Part shown: in pieces, positions 24,681-32,000 of the stretch
Position numbering within the stretch: position 1 is the first letter of the stretch
Layout: each line of letters opens with the position of its first letter
DNA from: Candidatus Kuenenia stuttgartensis
Lineage (GTDB): Bacteria > Planctomycetota > Brocadiia > Brocadiales > Brocadiaceae
DNA: 32,000 bases
Direction of reading: 5' to 3'
Assembly (NCBI RefSeq): GCF_900232105.1
Contig: NZ_LT934425.1
Span: 2,790,001-2,822,000, forward strand
The notes under the pieces: generated by a model
What the model saw: only the letters and a program-made list of their open reading frames with translations
Databases searched by the model: none
Told to the model about the DNA's origin: nothing
Made by a program: the position numbers and the translations under genes

Positions 24681-25328
24681 ATGTTAAAAAAGGTTGGATT
24701 GATGCGGGGTATTTGTCTTTTGGGAATGTTCGGAATGTTTGCGGTGGGAACAGGGTGTGGCGAGCTTAAGCAATTACGCGTTGAAAATCAGCAGTTGAGC
24801 CAGAGCCTTGCCAGTCTGCAGCAGGAAAACGCGAACCTTTCGGCGACGGCAAGCAGGTACGAAAGCGAACTCAACAGGCTTGAAAATTCGAGACGGGATC
24901 TTGAGTCAAAGCTGGCAGGCACAGGAGCAATCACAAAAATAAAGGACGGCTCTGTTTCTATTGTATTGCCAGACTCAATACTCTTTGATCCTGGACAAAC
25001 GAAATTACGTGAACAGTCAAAGGCGACTTTGAAAAAAATAGCCGGAATATTGAAAACCGATATTTCAAATGAAATGGTAAGGATAGAAGGGCATACGGAT
25101 AGTGATCCTATTCAAAAGCAAAAAGATAAATACCCTTCAAACTGGGAACTTTCAACCGCAAGGGCAAACTCTGTTTTGCATTATTTGGTAGATGAATGCG
25201 GCATTTCTCCCACAAGGGTATATGTTGCCGGGTTTGGGCAATTTCAGCCCATTTCGGACAATAAAACAAAGGCAGGCAAGGCGCAAAACCGCCGTGTAGA
25301 GTTTGTTATTATTAGCGGGGGTGGCTGA
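24681..25328 (+). CDS. OmpA/MotB-domain lipoprotein with a coiled-coil linker
   Basis: It has a lipobox (AVGTGC), a heptad-like region, then IEGHTDSDPI...SNWELSTARANSV...NRRVEF. Confidence 0.85.
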   Translation: MLKKVGLMRGICLLGMFGMFAVGTGCGELKQLRVENQQLSQSLASLQQENANLSATASRYESELNRLENSRRDLESKLAGTGAITKIKDGSVSIVLPDSILFDPGQTKLREQSKATLKKIAGILKTDISNEMVRIEGHTDSDPIQKQKDKYPSNWELSTARANSVLHYLVDECGISPTRVYVAGFGQFQPISDNKTKAGKAQNRRVEFVIISGGG

Positions 25329-25338
25329 AACGCACTGC

Positions 25339-25962
25339 ATGATTACCGTTGTCGATTATGGGATGGGGAACCTTCGCAGCGTAGAGAAAGGGTTCGAACG
25401 GTTTGGTTTTGAAGTCAAGGTAAGCGACAATCCAAACGATATCAAACATACTGACAAGCTGGTGCTGCCAGGGGTAGGCGCCTTCAAGGATGCCATGATC
25501 GGATTACAGAAGAGAGGATTAATAGAACCCATCATTGACTTTGTCCGGCGCGGGAAACCATTTCTGGGCATATGCCTCGGTCTTCAGTTGTTGTTTTCAC
25601 GAAGTTGTGAAGATGGTGAGCACATGGGGCTGGACATTATCCCGGGCAAGGTAATTCGATTTGATTTTTCCGGCAGGCAAACAAATGAAAAATTAAAAAT
25701 TCCCCACATGGGCTGGAATCAGATTGATATTGTCAGGCAGGATAATCCCCTCCTGAAAAACGTTCCTTGTAACTCGTATATGTATTTTGTGCACTCGTAC
25801 TATGTATGCCCTGAAGATAAAAATGTTGTTGCTACGGAAACGGAATATGGTGTGCGATTTACTTCAATGATATGGCACAAAAACATTTTTGCCACGCAAT
25901 TTCATCCTGAAAAAAGTCAAAAATACGGCCTTGCCATACTTGAAAACTTTGGGAATTTATAG
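25339..25962 (+). CDS. hisH: Imidazole glycerol phosphate synthase, glutamine amidotransferase subunit HisH
   Basis: MITVVDYGMGNLRSV..., GICLGLQLL, and HSYY...FHPEKS. The ATG at 25339 is preferred over the one at 25303. Confidence 0.9.
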   Translation: MITVVDYGMGNLRSVEKGFERFGFEVKVSDNPNDIKHTDKLVLPGVGAFKDAMIGLQKRGLIEPIIDFVRRGKPFLGICLGLQLLFSRSCEDGEHMGLDIIPGKVIRFDFSGRQTNEKLKIPHMGWNQIDIVRQDNPLLKNVPCNSYMYFVHSYYVCPEDKNVVATETEYGVRFTSMIWHKNIFATQFHPEKSQKYGLAILENFGNL

Positions 25963-26038
25963 TGTAGGGGTGAAGCATTTACCATAAACTGTCATAAATG
26001 CGTTCATACCCAAGCTGGCAAATGCTTCGCCCCTACAC
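25962..26038. repeat. REP-B palindrome in the hisH-hisA spacer
   Basis: GTGTAGGGGTGAAGCATTTACC...GGCAAATGCTTCGCCCCTACAC. It is the inverse orientation of the copy at 24460-24532 and starts on the last base of the hisH stop codon. Confidence 0.85.
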
Positions 26039-26093
26039 AACCCTGTATGGGTTTGTTTGTGTTTTTTAACCTTTAAACATCTGACCTTATCCT

Positions 26094-26825
26094 ATGATTA
26101 TTTTTCCGGCAATCGACTTAAAAGGCGGGAAATGTGTGCGATTAACCCAGGGGAAAAAAGACGAAGAAACCGTCTTTTCCGATGACCCCGTGGATATGGC
26201 GAAATCATGGGAAGATCAGGGTGCACAGTATCTGCATGTGGTTGACCTTGACGGGGCATTTGACGGGCTGCCTAAAAATCTTTCTATCGTAGAACAGATT
26301 GTCAACAACATAAACATTCCCATCGAATTCGGCGGCGGTTTAAGGACCACTGAATCAGTAAAATCCGTGCTAGGCCTCGGTGTGGAAAGGGTAATAATAG
26401 GAACAAAGGCCATCGATTCCCCATCATGGGTTGAAGAACTTTGTTCCCTATTTCCCGGGCGTGTCGCGGTTGGCATTGACGCGAAAAACGGCAAAGTTGC
26501 CGTGCATGGATGGACGTCTCTCAGTGAAAAAACTGCCATAGATTTCGCACGAGAGATGGAGAAATTCTCGCCATGCGCGATTATTTTTACTGACATTTCA
26601 AAAGATGGAATGCTTCAGGGACCAAACATTGAAAGCCTGAAGGAACTTTTATCCTCTATAAAAACCCCGGTAATTGCTTCCGGAGGAATATCCTCGCTCA
26701 AAGATATTGAATACATCTGTCAATTGCCAGTAGAGGGTATGATTGTGGGAAAGGCGCTCTACACGGGACACATTAAATTCTCAGAGGCGAAGCAATTGTG
26801 CGATTCGATTTGCCTGAATAAATAA
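26094..26825 (+). CDS. hisA: ProFAR isomerase HisA
   Basis: MIIFPAIDLKGGKCVRL.QG..., LHVVDLDGA, GGGLR, and ASGGIS. Confidence 0.9.
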   Translation: MIIFPAIDLKGGKCVRLTQGKKDEETVFSDDPVDMAKSWEDQGAQYLHVVDLDGAFDGLPKNLSIVEQIVNNINIPIEFGGGLRTTESVKSVLGLGVERVIIGTKAIDSPSWVEELCSLFPGRVAVGIDAKNGKVAVHGWTSLSEKTAIDFAREMEKFSPCAIIFTDISKDGMLQGPNIESLKELLSSIKTPVIASGGISSLKDIEYICQLPVEGMIVGKALYTGHIKFSEAKQLCDSICLNK

Positions 26826-26929
26826 TACGCCACTGAACTTCAATTCATCCTGTAAGCCGGGGTTAAAGTACGAAACCCAACCGTTCGGTAAATACCGCAA
26901 ACCGTTTGCTAAAATAAGATAAAACAAAA

Positions 26930-28510
26930 ATGCAAGACATTTTGACAATTAAAGAAGCCAGTGAATGGGCGACAAACTACCTGAAAAAAAATGTAACGAC
27001 TTCAAATATTTCTTACTTAATACAATACGGAAGGATTAAAAAGATTGGAGACAATGGAACGGTACAGGTTTCCAGACAGGACTTAATAAATTACTACAAA
27101 TCTTTCAATGGCAAACGAGAAGTCTCCTGGAAAGACCAACTCGGTAACGACTTAAATTGGGCTTTATCATTTGACCAATACAAAGAAGCAGAAACAACCA
27201 AGCATGTTCACCGGCTTCATCCTTACAAGGGCAAATTCATTCCTCAACTTGTAGAGTATTTTCTTGACGACCACACCGACAATTTCAAAACAGAGATATA
27301 TTTTAAAAAAGGTGACATTATTCTAGACCCTTTTTCCGGTAGCGGCACTACAATGGTTCAATGTTGCGAACTTGGAATGCATGCACTTGGTATTGATGTT
27401 TCAGTATTCAATGCTCTTATTGCAAATTGTAAAGTGACCAAATATAACTTGATTAATGTCCAAACAGAAATTAACCGCATCACAAAAGCATTAAAAGAAT
27501 TCCTTTTTAATTCACAGACTTTGGAGTTTGAAGAAAAACTGTTACAAGCACTTTATGAATACAACAACAAATATTTCCCTATTCCTGAATATAAATACCG
27601 TTTAAGACAAGGCGAGATTGACGAAGTACAATATGGAGCAGAAAAAGAAAAAGAGTTTTTGCCTGTTTACAACAAACTTCTTAAACAATACGAGCTGAAA
27701 CTCCGCCAGGAAAAATCCGACACGTTTCTTGGCAAATGGTATTCTCAGCATATCCGGGAAGAAATTGAATTCGTATTCAATGAAATTAAGAAAATCAAAA
27801 ACATTGACACCAAGAAAATTATCAGTGTAATTCTAAGCCGGACAATTCGAAGTTGCAGAGCAACTACCCATGCGGACCTTGCGACTCTTATCGAACCAGT
27901 GTCAGCTACTTATTATTGTGCGAAACACGGCAAAATATGTAAACCGCTTTTCTCCATCTTAAAATGGTGGGAAACATATACCCGGGATACCGTTAAACGG
28001 ATCGCCCAGTTTGACAAGCTGAGAACACAAACTTTCCAAGTTTGCCTGACCGGAGATAGCAAGACTATCAACATATTTGAAGAACTACAAAAGAAAAATA
28101 CTGCTTTTGCAGAATTAGCCCTGAAGAAAAAAATCAAAGGTATCTTTTCTTCACCTCCTTATGTAGGGCTGATTGACTACCATGAACAACATGCTTACGC
28201 TTACGATTTGTTTGGATTTAAGCGAAAAGATGAATTAGAAATCGGCCCGCTTTTCAAAGGCAAAGGCAAAGAAGCAAGAGAATCCTATGTTCAAGGAATC
28301 GCTGATGTGCTAAATAACTGTAAAAGATTCATGGTGGAGGGTTACGACGTTTTCCTTGTCGCAAACGACAGGAGTAACCTTTATCCTACGATTGGAGAAA
28401 AAGCAGGAATGCAAATTGTCAATCAATACAAAAGACCCGTATTAAACAGAACCGAGAAAGATAAGGGAGCTTACTCGGAGATTATTTTTCACCTTAAATC
28501 AAAATATTGA
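26930..28510 (+). CDS. Amino-type (N4-C or N6-A) DNA methyltransferase, motif order I...IV (alpha-like), with an N-terminal HTH-like region
   Basis: Motif I is ILDPFSGSGTT at about aa 140. Motif IV is FSSPPY at about aa 405, separated by a roughly 260-aa putative target-recognition region. Confidence 0.8.
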   Translation: MQDILTIKEASEWATNYLKKNVTTSNISYLIQYGRIKKIGDNGTVQVSRQDLINYYKSFNGKREVSWKDQLGNDLNWALSFDQYKEAETTKHVHRLHPYKGKFIPQLVEYFLDDHTDNFKTEIYFKKGDIILDPFSGSGTTMVQCCELGMHALGIDVSVFNALIANCKVTKYNLINVQTEINRITKALKEFLFNSQTLEFEEKLLQALYEYNNKYFPIPEYKYRLRQGEIDEVQYGAEKEKEFLPVYNKLLKQYELKLRQEKSDTFLGKWYSQHIREEIEFVFNEIKKIKNIDTKKIISVILSRTIRSCRATTHADLATLIEPVSATYYCAKHGKICKPLFSILKWWETYTRDTVKRIAQFDKLRTQTFQVCLTGDSKTINIFEELQKKNTAFAELALKKKIKGIFSSPPYVGLIDYHEQHAYAYDLFGFKRKDELEIGPLFKGKGKEARESYVQGIADVLNNCKRFMVEGYDVFLVANDRSNLYPTIGEKAGMQIVNQYKRPVLNRTEKDKGAYSEIIFHLKSKY

Positions 28511-29293
28511 ATGGCATTATCAAAAAATCAGAAAGACAGAATCAGTGAATTATTGTCTCAAAAAATAGAGGGTAAGCTAAAAAAGTATGGCAGAGAAACG
28601 ACATCAATGCCATTTCTTGCAAGGTTAATCCAGGACAATGAAAAGATTGCTGCATATTCTTTTATTCATTCACTTGCAACAACCCTTGGAATGTCTATCT
28701 ATGAGGACGTTTCATTGATTATTGCCAGCGAGACAAGTGATGAATGTTTCAAAAGCTACGGAATTGGTGGTGCAATTTCAAGACAACAAAAGTCTGTTAT
28801 TAATAAAATTATTACAGAATTGAGGAATGGCAATAGAACCGCCGACATTAAAAAGGAAATTTCAGAGATAATTGCAACCCCCTCTTCAGGTGGACAATTT
28901 CAAAAGTCAGGTAACATTGCAGATTTCTATATGCGAAGGGGAAACGATGAATGTTACTTTGAAATAAAAACGGTAAAACCAAACATTGACGTTTTTGAAA
29001 AGAGCAAAACAAAATTGCTAGAATGGGTCGCAAGAAAAAGGAAACCTATAAAGGTATTTCTAGCTTTTCCTTACAACCCTTACTATCCGGAACCATATTC
29101 AAGATTTACAGAAGTCGGTATGATGGACCACCCAAACGACTTTCTTATTGGAGAAGAATATTGGAACTTATTGGGAGGTAATAAGACTTTTCAGGAATTA
29201 CTTGACGTATTTGATAAAGTTGGTAAACAATTTAAAGCAAAACTTCAGGAAAAGTTCAAACAAGTTGCAAAAGATAAATTAGATTCCTACTAA
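28511..29293 (+). CDS. Probable cognate type II restriction endonuclease (possibly TdeIII-like; PD-(D/E)xK candidate)
   Basis: Its start directly abuts the methyltransferase stop (TGAATG). The candidate catalytic pattern is ADF...(13 aa)...FEIK. The N-terminal region (PFLARL...HSLATTLGMSIYE) recalls the TdeIII family, from memory only. Confidence 0.5.
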   Translation: MALSKNQKDRISELLSQKIEGKLKKYGRETTSMPFLARLIQDNEKIAAYSFIHSLATTLGMSIYEDVSLIIASETSDECFKSYGIGGAISRQQKSVINKIITELRNGNRTADIKKEISEIIATPSSGGQFQKSGNIADFYMRRGNDECYFEIKTVKPNIDVFEKSKTKLLEWVARKRKPIKVFLAFPYNPYYPEPYSRFTEVGMMDHPNDFLIGEEYWNLLGGNKTFQELLDVFDKVGKQFKAKLQEKFKQVAKDKLDSY

Positions 29294-29299
29294 TTTCAT

Positions 29300-29340
29300 C
29301 TGCTTGTTCCAAAGCTCCTGTTTGTGAACAAGCAGTTTGG
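29300..29340. terminator. Hairpin terminator (bidirectional candidate between the R-M module and clpB)
   Basis: CTGCTTGTTC-(16 nt)-GAACAAGCAG, followed by TTTGG. Confidence 0.5.
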
Positions 29341-29368
29341 TATTTCGGTAGATTGGGGTTGAGGTACG

Positions 29369-29392
29369 AAACCAAACCAAACCAAACCAAAC
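29369..29392. repeat. Pentanucleotide microsatellite (AAACC) x about 4.8
   Basis: AAACCAAACCAAACCAAACCAAAC, intergenic, contiguous with the right-hand copy of the R-M flanking repeat. Confidence 0.9.
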
Positions 29393-29452
29393 AGTTCAAC
29401 TATTCCGGGTAGAAATTTGATTAAGAATTTGCAATCTTTCCAGCAGGACAAA

Positions 29453-32000
29453 TCATTTATTTGTAAAAACAGCCTTCCCATCCTGCATATCTACCATGAT
29501 TTCCGAGCCGTCTGGGAATTTCCCTCCCAAAATTTCCATAGAAAGCGGGTTTTCGATGAGCTGCTGGATGGTGCGCTTTAAAGGCCGTGCGCCAAAATGC
29601 GGGTCATACCCTTCTTCAATCAAAGTCTCTTTTACCCGGTCTGTAACGGTAAGTTTAAGGTTGTTTCTGGCGAGGCGCTTTCGAAGGTCGTTCAATTGTA
29701 TGTCGGCAATCTGTTTGATTAGTTCTTTGGAGAGACTGTGAAAGACAATTGTTTCATCGATACGGTTAAGGAATTCAGGGCGGAAGGTCTCCTTCAGCGC
29801 CTGTTTTACCTCTCTTTTCAGTTCTTCTTCATTTTCAGGGCCGGTTAAATCCTGTATCCACTGGCTTGCGATGTTTGAGGTCATTACAATAATGGTATTC
29901 TTAAAATCAACGGTTCTGCCGTGTCCGTCAGTAAGCCGTCCGTCATCAAAAACCTGAAGCAAGACGTTAAATACATCCCGGTGTGCCTTTTCAATTTCAT
30001 CGAATAGCACCACTGCATAGGGTCTTCTTCTTATAGCCTCAGTGAGTCTTCCGCCTTCTTCGTATCCCACATAACCAGGTGGGGCGCCTATAAGCCGTGC
30101 AACCGAGTGTTGTTCCATGAATTCAGACATGTCGATACGAACCATTGCATCTTCGTTATCAAACAAAAAGGCCGCCAGCGCCTTGCAAAGCTCCGTTTTC
30201 CCAACTCCGGTAGGACCAAGAAACAGGAAGGTACCGATAGGCCGGTTCGGATCCTGGAGTCCGGCGCGTGCACGCCGGATGCCGTTTGACACGGCGGAAA
30301 TTGCCTCTTCCTGACCAACTACCCTCTCTTTCAGTCTTTCTTCCATCTTTAATAGTTTTTCCTTTTCACTTTCCAGCATACGTGATACGGGAATTCCAGT
30401 CCATTTGGCGACTACCATGGCAATGTCATCCTCACCCACCTCCTCATTCAGGAGGGATTTGGATTTTTGCAGTTCCTGTAATTCAAGGTGCTTTTCCTTT
30501 AATTTTCTTTCACATTCAATAATACGTCCATAGCGTATCTCAGCAACCTTTTCTAAATTTCCCTCCCTTTGGGCTGCTTGCTCCTCAATGCGCGCCTGGT
30601 CAATCTTTGCGTTAATGTCCTGTATTTCCTTGATAACCTTCTTTTCGTTTTCCCAGTGTGCCCGGAAAGCCCTGGATTCTTCTTTCAGGTCGGATAATTG
30701 TCTTTCAATTTTCTCTATGCGTTGTTTAGAAGCTTCGTCTTTTTCTTTTTTTAAAGCCTCTTTTTCTATTTCCAATTGCAGGATCTTACGCTCTATCTCA
30801 TCAAGCTCAACAGGCATGCTGTCGATTTCTATCCTTAATTTTGACGCAGCTTCATCGATAAGATCTATTGCCTTGTCGGGCAGAAACCTGTCCGATATGT
30901 ACCGGCTGGAAAGGGTCGCTGCAGCAATAATCGCTGAGTCTGTTATGCGCACTCCGTGATGCACTTCGTATCGTTCTTTTAGTCCGCGCAGGATTGCGAT
31001 AGTGTCTTCAACGGTAGGTTCTCTCACATATACTTGCTGGAACCGTCGTTCCAGGGCGGCGTCTTTTTCAATGTATTTTCTGTATTCATCAAGAGTGGTG
31101 GCGCCCACGCAACGCAGTTCTCCACGCGCCAATGCCGGTTTTAGGAGGTTGGAAGCGTCCATTGCCCCTTCTGCGGCTCCTGCCCCAACCACGGTGTGCA
31201 ATTCATCGATGAAAAGTATTATCTGCCCTTCCTTCTCGCTTATCTCTTTAAGAACCGCCTTAAGACGGTCTTCAAACTCCCCACGGTATTTTGCGCCGGC
31301 AATAAGCGCACCCATATCGAGCGACATTACCCGTTTGTTTTTTAAGCTTTCAGGGATATCTCCGTTTACAATGCGCTGGGCAAGCCCTTCGACGATAGCG
31401 GTTTTTCCCACGCCTGGCTCGCCGATGAGAACGGGATTATTTTTTGTCCTTCGTGACAATACCTGTATTACCCTGCGAATTTCGTCATCACGGCCAATAA
31501 CGGGGTCAAGCTTTCCTCTTTGTGCCAGAGCAACCAGATCTTTACTGTATCGTTCAAGTGCACGGTACTTGTCTTCGGGAGTCTGGTCGGTGACTCTCTG
31601 GCTGCCCCGGATTTCTTTTAAAGCCTTGAGAATATTTTCCCGGTCAATGCCTGCCTCGTTTAATATTTTGCATGCGGAGGTATTTTTTTGCCGTGCCAGC
31701 GCCAGCAGCATATGTTCGGTGCTTAGGTATTCGTCCTTCAGCTTGCCGGCTTCTTCCCATGCAAAGTTTATCATATCGCGCAGTTCCGCACTCACATATG
31801 CCTGCCCCGGCGCTCCTGAGCCGCTTATTTGCGGAAGCTTGTTAACGGCCTCCATTGTTTTATCAAGAACAATATTTGCATCCACACCTAATTTTTGCAG
31901 GAGAGGAACTACGATGCCCTGCTCCTGCGTCAATAAAACCTCCAATACGTGCGCCGAAAGGATTTGCTGCTGCCTCTTTGATTCGGCTAATTCCTGAGCT
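29453..32000 (-). CDS. clpB: ClpB disaggregase (AAA+ chaperone); 5' end lies outside the window
   Basis: It has two Walker A sites ([18 protein letters not shown]), a long middle coiled coil, and the tail GARPLKR. The frame stays open beyond the listed TTG (31945) to the window edge (…[23 protein letters not shown]). Confidence 0.95.
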   Translation of the reverse strand, partial: AQELAESKRQQQILSAHVLEVLLTQEQGIVVPLLQKLGVDANIVLDKTMEAVNKLPQISGSGAPGQAYVSAELRDMINFAWEEAGKLKDEYLSTEHMLLALARQKNTSACKILNEAGIDRENILKALKEIRGSQRVTDQTPEDKYRALERYSKDLVALAQRGKLDPVIGRDDEIRRVIQVLSRRTKNNPVLIGEPGVGKTAIVEGLAQRIVNGDIPESLKNKRVMSLDMGALIAGAKYRGEFEDRLKAVLKEISEKEGQIILFIDELHTVVGAGAAEGAMDASNLLKPALARGELRCVGATTLDEYRKYIEKDAALERRFQQVYVREPTVEDTIAILRGLKERYEVHHGVRITDSAIIAAATLSSRYISDRFLPDKAIDLIDEAASKLRIEIDSMPVELDEIERKILQLEIEKEALKKEKDEASKQRIEKIERQLSDLKEESRAFRAHWENEKKVIKEIQDINAKIDQARIEEQAAQREGNLEKVAEIRYGRIIECERKLKEKHLELQELQKSKSLLNEEVGEDDIAMVVAKWTGIPVSRMLESEKEKLLKMEERLKERVVGQEEAISAVSNGIRRARAGLQDPNRPIGTFLFLGPTGVGKTELCKALAAFLFDNEDAMVRIDMSEFMEQHSVARLIGAPPGYVGYEEGGRLTEAIRRRPYAVVLFDEIEKAHRDVFNVLLQVFDDGRLTDGHGRTVDFKNTIIVMTSNIASQWIQDLTGPENEEELKREVKQALKETFRPEFLNRIDETIVFHSLSKELIKQIADIQLNDLRKRLARNNLKLTVTDRVKETLIEEGYDPHFGARPLKRTIQQLIENPLSMEILGGKFPDGSEIMVDMQDGKAVFTNK

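Noticed and set aside
26859-26882. tRNA-gene fragment as the att site for the R-M island (GGGGTT...GAAACCC resembles an acceptor/T-arm)
   Set aside because: There is no T-loop consensus (GTTCRANYC), no cloverleaf and no CCA-proximal acceptor pairing. It is kept only as a direct repeat.
31002-31997. 331-aa plus-strand ORF
   Set aside because: It is antisense to the strongly supported clpB. It has a Ser/Arg-rich low-complexity composition typical of shadow ORFs. The same applies to 29496-29741, 30107-30522 and 30588-30959.

Overview
This is a 32-kb bacterial chromosomal window, roughly 40-45% GC by eye; the taxon cannot be determined from the sequence alone. A few housekeeping anchors are separated by heavily rearranged accessory DNA. 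The anchors are a GH63-like hydrolase and a glucose-dehydrogenase-like gene at the left edge, then pilD, an OmpA-like lipoprotein, hisH, hisA and clpB on the right. Main content: (1) A thiol/redox/metal-themed block at 3.3-10 kb holds a DsbD-type thioredoxin remnant, a membrane-anchored DsrE-like protein, an Isf-type Fe-S flavoprotein, a frameshifted GDCCVxC mini-protein, and an AhpD-like/PiT/TlpA operon. (2) A complete integron at 10.0-13.5 kb has intI, a GTTAGGC attI junction and three divergent minus-strand cassettes: a short CDF transporter, a protease fragment, and a nucleotidyltransferase with a small partner. (3) A radical-SAM::ArsM-like fusion gene lies at 13.6-15.4 kb. (4) A decayed ECF-sigma/TolC locus carries a RelE-type TA module bracketed by about 90-bp direct repeats. 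(5) A DUF255/YyaL thioredoxin-domain gene is cleanly split by an IS1634-like element. (6) A Y1 (IS200-like) transposase pseudogene is split by a 364-bp MITE with an 8-bp TSD, next to an internally deleted IS50/Tn5-like element with a 9-bp TSD. (7) A type II R-M module is inserted between hisA and clpB, flanked by 24-bp imperfect direct repeats. (8) Several families of GTAG-headed REP/REPIN palindromes and MITEs share outer arms, and there is a RAYT gene flanked by its apparent cognate REPs. I rank the radical-SAM::ArsM fusion, the integron and the RAYT/REPIN system as the most interesting. All calls rest on reading the sequence and ORF translations plus remembered family motifs; no database search was run.
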